A DNA stretch of 62,702 nt, the filler included, from Choristocarpus tenellus KU-1152 (taxonomy: Eukaryota > Protista > Phaeophyceae): the NCBI GenBank assembly GCA_964200185.2. It is 9 parts of 9 records of this genome, joined end to end, with 100 filler letters (N's around TTAATTAATTAA, not from the genome) between each part and the next. Parts side by side here need not be neighbours in the genome. Positions count along the whole stretch, not along the records: positions 25,942 to 32,861 come from CAXNAD020007059.1; positions 32,962 to 36,470 come from CAXNAD020019545.1; positions 36,571 to 48,806 come from CAXNAD020001914.1; 6 more parts are not named here. One strand, written 5' to 3'. This document shows, piece by piece, positions 26,353 through 38,728 of the stretch. Made by a program: the position numbers and the translations under genes. Numbering within the stretch: position 1 is the first letter of the stretch; every line of letters begins with the position of its first letter. The notes under the pieces were generated by a model. That model was given only the letters and a program-made list of their open reading frames with translations, was not told the origin of the DNA and made no database searches.

Positions 26353-27630
26353 TAACCGACATGAACAAGAAGATCTGATTTGCATTCGCATATATCCTCA
26401 TTATCCCACATCATGTTTACAGGGTATCCTCCAGAATCTCCTCAGTAAACACTTCATATTTCTCCTGAAATGCTCCTGCGACAAAACAGAACTTGCCCAA
26501 CAAAACAAACTCACTATCAATCCACGTACTTGGCTCGTCCAAACTTTGGACACATCCACCCCCAAAATTTCATCCTCACTGGTATGGAATGCCTGATACC
26601 GCACCTATGGCATCCTTTGCAGCTTGTGAAACGCGTACATGTGACAGTACAAGCAAGCATGGCAATGCCTAAGATTGGGTCATTGACTCTACCACATGGC
26701 ATAGACCTCTACACCACAAAATTATTGCATCTAATGCATCTACATGTAACCATCCATCCTGTGTACTCCAGAATGCAAGGCATGCTGTAAAGAAAATCTG
26801 ACGAAATTCTGCCCTGCCAGTCAAACTAAGGAAAGCACCTACTTAGCAAAATGCAAGTTTTTTTTTCTTGTTTGCTTTACTCTATTTCTTGTCCCACTTT
26901 GGTTGAAAATACTAATACTAATAAATCGTTTGGGTGTCCTTCACCACATTGAATGTTTGAGACACTTCCTCTGGTCACATTTCACCCAACTTACAAATGC
27001 TTGATCTTCAAGCAACAATCTGATTCTTACACTGAAACTACGATCAGCAGGAGTGGAAGGATTGTAGTATTATCGGGGCAAACCCTGTAATACTTGAAAT
27101 ACTACACACCAAAGAAAGCGTTCTCTTACCAAGTTCTCATGAACACAATACATGAACTCAACAAGTCGGAAGGATTCGAACTACAGAGTCTGCACATGAG
27201 GAACCCTTTGCGATATTCAACCCATTCACATGTGCATGGTTCCAGTACAGCCTTAGGCTGTAAAGTACACTCCATAAAAAAAAGAACAGTCTCAACAGCA
27301 GGCTTATCTCATCCTGGCACTGACTTGTCAACTACACAATGAGTGGAAGCAACCACCATCTAAACAATTCAACAACTTCAACACACAGCTCTGCTTAGAG
27401 TAGCAACAGTATCCAGTAATGTGACAACAGCCAACTGCAGTCCACATCTCCTCATCTATGACATACACGTAACAAATGGCTATGGTTGTTGCCTCTATAT
27501 CTACGACATCCTTGCTCGTGTAATACATCTATTGCACCAATACAAAAACATGCCTACCAAGCACTGCAGCTTGGGAAGTACCCCCAAAGGTTAAAGTTGT
27601 TATATACGACTGTCTGCATGCAGTAGCCCT

Positions 27631-30600
27631 TTATGTGAACGCCCCGAAATCGTCTCCACTTCTTGCTTGGAACCTCTCGTCCACCTCAAGAAAGTCTCGG
27701 ACCTCTCCGATCTCCCTCGTCTTCGCTTGCTTGTTTGCCCAAGACCTCTCCAGCTGTTTGACGGACTGAGGCCAATCGGGGTGGTACACTCTGCGGCTAC
27801 AGAGGGGGCAGTCCTGCAACAGTGTCAGCATGGGGAAGCCGCACAAGGGCACCATCAGAAATATCCATCAGGACAATAGCAACTCCACATGCTCATAAAA
27901 TGGAGTACGGGATTGTACTGCAATTGATGTGACTCACAAGTAGGGTGTGGTTCGCGTTTCTGCCAGGTCTTGCGCGTGTCTTGGCAAAGTGGACACACGT
28001 ATCTTGAACAGGGCGGTATAATATGTCTATGTAAGATATTTACGCATACATACTGGTACCACAATCCTGAGGGCATTGATGTTTCGGAGCCATGTTATGG
28101 TGAACAACTAGCAAAATTGACTCGCAGGAGTCTCACACGATTGGATTTGCTCCGAAAAATATCACTCTGTGTCCTCTCCATCAGGCAATCACCGCACACC
28201 CACACACCACAGCCCTAACCTTAAGAAAAACCATGCCGTGAAACCTCTACACCTAATAAAAAAACAGACTTCGCGGGGCAAGGGGGATGACGCCTCCTCA
28301 CCTTGGCAAAAGGCGGCTCAGTCATCCACTTCCGTAGGCAATCGTAGTGGAACCAGTGCCCACAAAATACCCTTGAGTGCACAAAAGTGGAAGGAGGGAG
28401 GCAAGAACTACCATCAACAGAGTTATAACATCATAACATTGGCAGAAGTGTCCTTGAGAGATGACAACACTCTTCTTCACTAAGTTCAACGGGTGGGCAG
28501 GAACAGCAACACTCAATGCTTCACCCAAAAAACAGACCATGGAGACACTTTCAACTTGGCTAGAGTGGGCCTCAGGTTGTGGTTGAAATGGTCTAGTCAT
28601 GTCATCAACAGGATAAAAGTTATACGCACGACCACCGCTGTTATCCAAGTTGGTGCTCAGTTGGTGAGGGTCAAAATAAACATGAGCCCATTTGGAGGTC
28701 CCATTGGGTAATGCCATTACAACACTACACCGTTCCCTCAAGCTCCATTGCAACAATCTGTCCAATTCCGAGAAGAGCTCTACATCAGAAGGCACCACTA
28801 TCAGTGATAGGGTGTTGTTTATCGCCCACACTCTCAAGACTGAACACACGTGTTCTACGCCAACCTCACCCTGCGAGCAAGGTCAAAAAAGCAAGCATAA
28901 CCAGGTGTCACTCTTGCTACCGTTCAATTCTTGCGACCAAAACATGACTTGTCAACAGTCAGCCAGACCCTTCTGCAACCCAAAATTGCACAACACCACT
29001 CCAGCACCCCACCCCCCTCACTCCACATACTCTCACCTGGTTGGACGATCAGGGTGCTCTGGGTCGCTGAGGGACAGACTTTGAGGGTTTTCCGGCATCA
29101 CCGCCGATTTGCACGAAACACACTTCTCCTGTGGCAGCCGCATGGCAAACACATTCAACACAAAATCCACCAGCGGCAGCAGGGATGGCTGCTCCATTGT
29201 TTGGGGGAAGCAGAGGACACACCAACCACGGGAGCGGAAGACACACATGAGGACATTGAGGCATCACAGGAGGCGAAGAAGCAGCCGGCAGGGGTAAACA
29301 CAATAGCATGAATTCGTTGGAGACGATTACTCAGGGTAAAGAGGGATTTCGTAAGCAAAAGTCTCTCCCGAGATAATTGCAAGGTATGTATGTATGTATG
29401 TATGTGTATTTTGCGACATGAGCGTACAACTTGATTATCTCAAATCCAATTGCAAATCGGTCCCTTTACCCCGTTCGACATGGGTTGGAAGTGCCTCAAG
29501 GAATGAGGACACAAAAGCAACATATATATATATATATATCAGCTACATTTTAACCGACCTGTGAAGTATCGCTGAGCTGGGAATATAGGAGGTCTTCTTG
29601 CTCCTTGAGTTCTACCTCCTCCAACCTCTTAGCCTGCTCTTCATCATTTGCTGCCTCTGCCTTCGTCAGTGTTTTGAGTTCTCGCCGTGCCGCCCTTCGC
29701 TGTTTGGTGCTGACAGATGCGACGGGTGAAAGGAGTGGAGTATGAAGGTGCTGGGCTAGAGATTCTTGTGGGGGATCAAGCTTCAGAGGTGAAAAATGGC
29801 CTGGGCAGACAAAACATCACTCAGGCACCTACATGCACAGCAATTGAGGTGGTAAATCTCTCAGTGCACTGGTCCAGTCAACCCAAGTTGCAAGAAAGGG
29901 TCAACAAGATGAATCTCATTGTTTGGAGACAAGCGTCTCAAAAAACACAATGAAGTATGACAAGGGCCAAAGGTTTTTGATTGCTGCAACTAACCTGTGG
30001 GCCGCTTCTGAATGGTTGTCCTTGTTTCGTGCCCCATCAAATTCCCTCAGGTCGTGTGCCTTCTTGATGAAGCTGACATCATGCTTGATATTACGTATGT
30101 GTTCACTGGTGATACGCACCTTTGGATCTCTCCCCGCATGTGCTTGGTGAGCTGGCAGGGAAATTGGATTACTGGTCTGGAGGGCCATTTCAGGACTATA
30201 TCCGCATAGGCATCGTCGCACAATTTCCTGAGCCTGGGTGGGCATGAAAGGGCAAACATAACATTCCAAGGCAAGGGTACAAGAGGTGATGACAATCTTT
30301 GGAGACTGGCTGGAAAGTGCCAGTACAGGATCATTCTTTTCTATCTTAGCTGTAAACTAACTTGCCTTAAATAGGATCCATGGAGTGCCCATGTGACACC
30401 CCTATTTGTTGGTGATAATGTATATGCTTCCGGTGCAAGCTGATTTGGTAACGTCCCATAGTGGAACACATCAATGTGCTACACCTGGACGTCGACATGG
30501 GCTATTCTAGTGCAATATATTCATGGAGATGTGCTGCTCTGATGAAGTGAACCACCGCACCATGATTTGTCTCCGTGAATGTTCAAGCTGAAAGATATAC

Positions 30601-31411
30601 TACAGGTGTACGTGAATATTGTGTTGAACACTCATCTGTCCCCATCATTTACTTACTCTGGCAACATCCTCCACTACTGTAGATGCAACTGTAGATGCTT
30701 CAATATGAAGCATTGCTTACCTGAGTGAGGTGACCTCGGGCAATCCCTGTGGGGAAGTTGTGAGATCGAAGCTCGATGCCACACCCCTCCATTGGGTATC
30801 CGTCAGGAACCTGGATTGAGACCTTGAGATGGTACAGGCCCGATTTGACCTTGATAGTCACAATACCACTGGCCTCATCTGCCCCAAACACAGCTCCTTT
30901 CGCCGCTACCATCTGTGCTGATTTCCTCAGCTCCTTCCAACAGGGAACGAACTTGTTCAGGTTCACTGTGTCAACGATAACCTTCAGGGCCGCAACAACT
31001 TGACCGGACCCAACAAGTTTGTGCGCCTCCTCCTCAGCCTGCTTTGTTAGCTTCCGAAGGAAAGGATGATGCAGCGAGGGACTATCCAGTTCCACCAGAA
31101 TGGGGGTGTTGGGATAGCCTTCCTTGAACTGTAAGCGAGAAGAAATCTTGGCATGAGGTGTTCGCCTGGAATCAATCCATTGGACCGAGGACAATCAGGG
31201 GCACAAAAGATGGCCTGAGCAATACCCTAGAGCAGTAATTGCCCACTATGGCACGCCTTGTTTATTTTGAACCTTACATGATAATAATCTGGACGAACTT
31301 CTCGTTGCACGCCTTGATCATTCTAGCTGGGAACATATCTCGAATGGTTTGAAGCTCATGTTGAAGGATTTGCTGGGGTTCTTGATCTGAATCCTGAGTG
31401 TTTGAGGACAT
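27631..31411 (-). CDS. RWD-like domain + C-terminal RING-H2 protein (putative E3 ubiquitin ligase), 7 exons
   Basis: Exons about 31411-31278, 31165-30721, 30233-29995, 29709-29559, 29188-29037, 28371-28302 and 27813-27631 splice in frame. Two YP motifs (FKEGYPNTP, VPDGYPMEG). RING-H2 ligands CVSC...CGHWFHYDC...CPLC. Confidence 0.85.
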
Positions 31412-31549
31412 TACTACCAAAACTAATGCGAAGATTTGTGTCTCTTTGTAACACCTTCAGAAGTAATGTGCATCAATCCTGAACGTTAGAGGTACTATGC
31501 ACTATTAATAACTACAACTTCGGCTGTTGCACTCTTCTAGTAGTTCCTG

Positions 31550-34300
31550 CTAAGAAAGAAACCTAAGAAGAGATATGGAGACTGTTCAAGATCCATGGGA
31601 GGCATTCTCTAGGATGGATGGACGGACGGACCCAACACAGTCCCACGCCACTGGCCATCACACCCCTGAGCTTGCTTGGTTAGTAGCAGGTCAAGCTCTT
31701 TCCCTGGAACCATGGTGAGTTTGCGCCTAGTTCATGCCGCTGTGCGCCGGTGGTGAGGATCCGGAGCAGTAGTTGTTAATGGAAAATTGGTGAAGGTCAA
31801 AGTGTTGGTAGTTGGGGTGTTTTGGAGGACCAACTTAAGACTGTCCTACACCTATATTTTGTTCCTACAGGGAGCACTTGGAGGGTGCCTCGGAGTGCCT
31901 AAAGGATATTTGATGAGATAAGCCCTTTCGGAGATGATGGGCCTTACATTTTGAAATCGGAAATTAGCTCCTAGATGGTCTGGATGCAATCCTATTTCAC
32001 CCAGAAGTAGGTTTTTGTCCACGCTGCGATCTCTTGTACTCGAGGCTGGGGAGGTTTGTTACTGCTTAGACTCCGTTAACACTGTGGATGTAAAAAATAC
32101 TATTATCACAGCTGTATGTGGTTCCTATGGGATTGGTCCTGAGGTCTTTTTCGGCGATTAGCAGACTTCGTCCCAGGAAAAAAGAGTTTTTAGAGGTGCT
32201 GAGATCAGCAGTCAAGTTTGAGCCCCAAAACTCCTTCGTGTGCGTGTAGAGATGATCAGCATTCAAAATAAGTGCTCTGGTATGTAGAGCGACTGCACAT
32301 TTCGTCAGAATTGGGGTATTAACTTGCTCCATGTGTATTTGTCGACATGTTGATGTTTGGTGTTACATACGTCTTTGCCTTCGATAGAGTCATACGCCAA
32401 GGTTACTATAACGTTTATACTTTAGTGTGCGCTCCGAATTCCAGCGTGGGTCTGATAGATTGTATTGGTAGATTTCCAGCTGGATGTTCTCACACTATGC
32501 TAAAAGCATCTAGGTATCTGGTTCGGTGTAGGCACCCGATCTAAGCATATATAGGTCTGCAATACATGCTCGTAGTGAAATGCTTTCTATATTGAAGAAT
32601 AAAAGCTTGCGTGATGTTCAATTCCATACTTGATGTAAGCCAAAAGGTAGTTAGTTACGCCCACTCCTCTAAACAAGTCGATTTTACTGCCCATGATAAT
32701 GGATAGCACACAATGTGGATCTCCCTGCCCATTTTACCCTGAAATGGTTCTACGTCCACATATATCAACCATATTATTACCCCTCACGCTCACTCCATGC
32801 CCCCCCCCCCCCTGTTTTTTCCCAGGATAACCAGGGTATTAAGCTTGCTAAGGTCAACAAGNNNNNNNNNNNNNNNNNNNNNNNNNNNNNNNNNNNNNNN
32901 NNNNNTTAATTAATTAANNNNNNNNNNNNNNNNNNNNNNNNNNNNNNNNNNNNNNNNNNNNTTGGCCCCCAAATGGACGCGGCTCTACCCTCTAAGATAC
33001 TTTGACTCGTGACTTTACCTGTCCCTGTACGCATGGACGAGGACTCTGTGAAATGTTCTGTGATATTCCGTCTGTTCCTTGTTACAGGTGTACAAACCCC
33101 TTTTTGCAACTTCTAGGATACAAGTGTTTAGGATTGGGGTTAGGGAATCGTATATACATTCAAATGCTCCAGAGTGTTGACAAATTATGTAGTTCCCATA
33201 GATGGCCCATGTAATTCCTTTGATTATATCAGGATTTTAGACCTGCCCCAATGTCAGCCTTGAAGACGTAAGAGTATCAACGCCAAGGTAGAGGGGATTT
33301 TTTTTTCGTGGACAGACCTTGAAATAGGTACATGAATACTTAGATAATGTTGACTACTTTTGTGTCTCAGCTGTTTTTGATCCGAACCAATTATGTTTTT
33401 CCTACACAATTTCTTTTAAATAACGCAACTCTTCCAGTCGCAATCAGCAACTCAATCCAGGATCATCACGGCCATACCATGAAGTCGAAAAAGCCGTGCA
33501 TTTTGTCTCACACTTTAGAACGAGTCAAACGGACACACAGAGGTAACTAAGCTTGGAAGAGTAAAGGCTGGTGACAAAGCTACCGTCTTGCAGAAGATCA
33601 AGTTTACCATTTCTGTGGCACACATTCATAACAGCGCAAGCCTCGTTGACTCTCAGGATCGTGTCTTCTATCCCTAGACGTGACTCGATCTATCTTTTGC
33701 TGTCATCTCTTGGTGGATCTTTGGGCTCTGTTCCAGCCTCTGGGAACGTATATTCATACCTATATCTTTATTGTGTGTCCTAGCGGGTGGGGAACGGATG
33801 TGACTGATCGAAAGGGTTTTGATGCTTTACTTTTTGGAATGAACGAGGTTCGTATTTCGCAGGAACCGAAGCAAATTGTTTGTTTACGGCACCACAGACA
33901 GCGGGCGAGGAGTTATATGGGTTAAAGCAGGTTGAAGCATCGGTGTGGGGGTTGCCATTACACTGTTGACAACCTCTTGGTGTGTCAGTAAAGTTTGGCT
34001 TGATACCTCATGCATGGTGCATGGACGTCCTGTTCTGTCGAAGTAGTCCTAGTTCCTGTCTAACGATCGGGGTTTCGGCTGAGGCAGCGAAAGGGTGTGA
34101 CATGCTAGCAAACATAGCACGCTCATCTGTCATGGTAACCAAACCATTGTGAGTCTTGTCGTTGTACAGTGCAGCTTTTGTAGCATTTTGGTTGGCTGGG
34201 ACAAATGGGTATCGGTCGCTTCGATTGGATAATTCCTCTATGAGATCATCAAACCTTTGAGTGGTGCCCCGAGGGTCTTAGCGAGGATAAAATGGTTCAC
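31550..34300 (-). mobile_element. Highly degenerate LTR-retrotransposon relics on both sides of a gap
   Basis: Zn-knuckle-like CQQCNGNPHTDASTC near 33950 and protease-like FKV...PLYLGVDTL near 33280. No intact ORF. Confidence 0.35.
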
Positions 34301-34369
34301 ACTTTCCGATAGTGAATTTCATTTTTCGCAAAAAAAAAGAGTAATAGTTGTCAAAAACATTAATCTATT

Positions 34370-34830
34370 TTATTGTTACGCCCTCTGACATTTTGGAGAT
34401 GTGTCAGGGGGGAAAACAATGAAAGCTATTCACATATCAGAATAAACCCTAAAGAAAGAAGTAAAATTTGTCAAAAATGTGAAAAACTCTGATCTATTTG
34501 CTCTTTCACTATGTTGTATCACTGCCTTCCTGTGTGTCCAACTTACCTATTACTGGACCCCATGGTGAGGAGGTAGGTAAGTATGCCAAGAATCTAACAA
34601 GCCCCTCCTTGCCCATCTCCTTTGTGATCCGGTTTAAAACGCGTGACACGTCTACACAGGGCCACCTGCGTTGTTGCAGAGACTATTTGTTGTAGGCGGG
34701 ATTTGACCACCCCTGAAGCCTCCAGTTAGTTCCTCTCCCCCCTACCACGTGCGTACCTACCTCATCCAGGAAATAATGTTCCGCTTGGTTGCCAAGGCGC
34801 CTTAAATGTCAGAAATTATTCAGGAGGTCC
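34370..34830 (-). mobile_element. Second copy of the RLE non-LTR element 3' end
   Basis: Reverse complement aligns with 21800-22220 (ggtcaaatcccgcct, acaacgcaggtggccctgt, gagatgggcaaggagggg, acacaggaaggcagtg). Confidence 0.8.
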
Positions 34831-35259
34831 TCCACTGGAATAGGGAATTCCGGACGAGGAAACCTCGATCCGTAAACGGTATATAGCATATATCAATGAC
34901 CGCGCATAACAACAAACCTGCCTTCCACATCACCTCCCTTCCTGATCGACTTGAACCATGTAGACGTGATTTAAAGTCAACAAGAGTGAGTTCTGGGAGG
35001 AAAATGGGAAACATGTATGACTGTTAGTATACTATTGCGCCATTTTATTACGCGACTACATGGACACAATATATAAACAAGGCATTAGTGAATATCTGAT
35101 CAGGATATCATTAGCCAGAGGTTGATGGTATGTGGTCAGCATATCAAACAAGCTTACGAGGTCTGAGAGTATGGGATCAGCACATCAATCAGGGTAAAGA
35201 CGAGGCGAGAGGTATATGTGGGCAGGATATAGGTCTCTATTATCTTGTATAAAATAGAG

Positions 35260-35465
35260 TACACATCTACAAAATGTCAAGGACAATAATAAAAAAAACA
35301 TCATGCGTTCTGACATGTGAATAGTTTTGATTGGTTTTTTCTGACACATCTACAAAATGTCAAAGACAATAATAAAAAAAATGCGATTTAAGGACGTTTC
35401 TGACATGTGAATGATTTTGGTTTTTTCCCCTGACACGTCTATAGAATGTCAGAGGGCATAATAAA
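35260..35465 (+). repeat. Tandem ~80-90-bp repeat (about 2.5 units)
   Basis: Unit (ctga)cacatctacaaaatgtcaaggacaataat...ctgacatgtgaatagttttgattggttttt. The same unit occurs at about 22145-22220, 22370-22425 and inverted at 34370-34440. Confidence 0.8.
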
Positions 35466-36045
35466 GAAATCATAATAAAATAATAACAGAGGATACTCAA
35501 AATGGGGATACGAGGATCAAACTGTCTACATATGTTGTCAACAAACTATTTGACTAGCGTTTTTGTGATCTGACATTGCTATTTGAGTGTTATACGATGA
35601 TTTTAATCACCACTCCGATGCGTCAAAACAACATCGCGTGTTACAAGATCAACATCAATACAGCAGACGACGAGATCAAATGTGTGCATCCGTTCTCCTT
35701 CCTCAGATTCTGGGAACGATTTGGAATATTGTTAACGACGACTACAATATTCCAAGTGGACAATTCGGACGTAAGATGTTGGTGGTTCAACTCTCAAAAA
35801 ACGATACGAGGTGACTGTACGGTCGTTACATCATGTCGAAGGAAGCATGTCTTGATTTTTTTATGGTGTTGGTCTTTTCAGGATGATCAATAAATCCATT
35901 TCATGAAACGTGACATGATGTAATGAACAGTCACCTGTAGCACACGGGTGATAATATGCCCAATGATACAGTCTCTTCGCCACCATATGTATCCAATCAT
36001 GCAAACGAGCAGAGTTGAGAGATAGAATTAATTTTGTTAATTTAT

Positions 36046-36350
36046 CTAAATGCAACATATACGTAGTCTATTTGCAAGGATTGATAAACCTGGTAAACAC
36101 GTGATATGAATATCACAAGATGGTCCATAGCCACAAAGAACAAAGGTGATAGATAACATTAGTGGACAAACGACGACCAGGACCAGGTCTATGTTCAACA
36201 ATGCTATCAATAGTGTATTGGCCAATAACGAGTTGAGAGATTTGATGGTCTTCATCCAGTATTGGTAAATATGGTTTTCCCTGAAACAAATAATCCAGTT
36301 CATTCAAATCCGGTTTGGGAGGTTGAACTTAAGGATAGTAACACTTCATT
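36046..36350 (-). mobile_element. Gypsy integrase/chromodomain-like tail related to the element at 150-2500
   Basis: PDLNELDYLFQGKPYLPILDEDHQISQLVIGQYTIDSIVEHRPGPG parallels PDFMKLHEVFLRQTLPLPRLDDLGSPVTIGRYIIEAIVGRKFG. Confidence 0.7.
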
Positions 36351-37182
36351 CTGGCTCAAAGTATCTGGGAGGGGGTAGCGGCTGTCCATTTGGAGTCAAT
36401 TTTTTCATATGTCACGAGTTTTGGGTGATTTAGTTATATAAGTCGGATGGATACTGTAAATGCACTTTTCNNNNNNNNNNNNNNNNNNNNNNNNNNNNNN
36501 NNNNNNNNNNNNNNTTAATTAATTAANNNNNNNNNNNNNNNNNNNNNNNNNNNNNNNNNNNNNNNNNNNNGACATGCTTGTGTATTCCCTCCCCCCCCCC
36601 CAGATACTTTGAGCCAGAAGCGGCAGCCCCTGTCAATAATCCAAACAGAATAAACAAAAGAGAAAAATGTGCTCTTTGATTGCACCAACACCATCAAACA
36701 TTATTCTTGCTTTAGATAACAGGGGAACTATTCAATTAATACAACTATTAATGTAACTAATAATAGCATTAATGTTATTGATGCTATTAATATATCTATT
36801 AATAGTGTTTATGTAACAATTAATAAACTATTTACGAAACTACAAATAAAACAATGAACGAACCATGAACAATACTAACAAAACTATTTTTATGAAACTA
36901 TTAATAAAGCTACAAACTATTAACACTATTAATATAACTACCATTATCATCGTAACTTGGTTTTGAAGAATATTAACCGAATAATGAGGTAGGTAAAAAA
37001 ATCGATACAGAGCAGGTCAGATACCTTGCTCTCTGTCTCTAGTTCACACACACAAGGTGAAGTCTGGAAAACTGAATTAAATCAAAATATATACATGTAA
37101 ATTCAAGGCCTCCCAGAATAGGCACCTTACTACTTACTCGGGTAGCTTGAGGACTGCTAGAATAATAACTATTCTGATATAA

Positions 37183-37213
<31 letters not shown>

Positions 37214-37997
37214 AATGTGAATGTGTGTATGTGTATTGTTGGAGTTAGGGCCGTTATAAACAATAAACCTACACAAAGCAGTGTCGAGAATGTAACGAAT
37301 CCATGAGAAGTATGGTATTAATTGACTCAAAAATCACTTCATCAAACATTTTAATCAAAACATGTATCCATCCCCGGACTTAGTCAAAGTCATCACCCCT
37401 TAAGGAAATTGTGCAACATAGATACATAATACATAATACACAATACATACAAACATATGTACGTACAACAACAAAAAAGTACACAAAATCCAAAAGTTAG
37501 GGTTTCAACCTCTCCACTATCATCTCTCCATTATCATTATTCTTCAGTTTCAAAAATATATTTTTTTAAATCGACAAGATGGTTGCAACCCACAACGCCA
37601 CAACCAACATCACTTTATCAAGACAATTTTATACACGGCTCCAACATGCACACTGTTCTGAATCCTACCACAATTAACACTCAGTGAAAACATCTAATAG
37701 GGAGGGTCAATTCTGGTCCTCTTGAGTTTCAAGGACGATTGCACCTTGTGCAATGTGCACACTATGCCCCCCCCCCTGCCCGAAATACAAGTAAAACCCC
37801 CTGAGAAGGGTGTGTCTGTATGGCTGTTTAAGGGAAGACTAGATGTGAACATATTGTTAGCCAAAAGCAACTTCCACAGTGATCAAAAATACATATACCA
37901 CAAACCAGTCCTTAAAAGAAAACAATACCCCCCCCTCTTAGAAGGTACAAATAACTATCAGTCACTACTGGAATCCATACCACCATCACTGAGATGT

Positions 37998-38025
37998 TAA
38001 CCCTAACCCTAACCCTAATCCTAAC
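37998..38025. repeat. Interstitial telomere-like (CCCTAA)n run
   Basis: taaccctaaccctaaccctaatcctaac. Shorter runs at about 39920-39945, 43010-43025 and 53985-54005. Confidence 0.7.
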
Positions 38026-38728
38026 TCCTCAATCTTCATAATAATTCTCATACTATGAGCTTTACAACTATTACATTATTTTTATTCTCCACATGATTCA
38101 CAACTCAAAAACTGCTACATTTCCATCAAAAAGTGGATACATGTACAACATAACCATAATTTAGTACCTAAAAAAAAATAGAAAAAAATGATACTTGTAA
38201 CTGTCGTCAGAAAAAAAAAGCACGAAAAAGATGCGCAGACACACGAGGTAGAGATGAACAGGAGACATCCAAAAAAATTGTAAAAAAAAAAATCCTGTTT
38301 TTCCCTGTGTCAAAACTCTTCATGAAAACATGCAGCACACAAACGCACAATAGAACCAGGGAGGAACCAGTACCCTGCTACGTACCAAGGCAACATTGAT
38401 TTTTAATTATACTGTAATGTATACATATTTTTCTTGGGGGGGGGGGGAAAGGTGCACAAAAATAATAATTTAAAAAAATATGCACAAAAAGTGAAAAAAA
38501 AAAACTGCGCTGCATCCCCACACAACCGTGGTCGCTCGGTCAATGAAAAAAAAATTATGCTTCACTATATTAACAACGATAAAGATAACAATAATAACGA
38601 CAACACTAACAATTATAGTAACAATAACAATAACAATAAAATTAATAGAGGAAAACAGAGACAAATACATGCCATAACCAGAGGTCATCAAATGTCACCA
38701 GTCCTTCCACGAACAACACAGTCCTCAC

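Noticed and set aside
37998-38025. True telomere
   Set aside because: Only about four units, internal to an intron.
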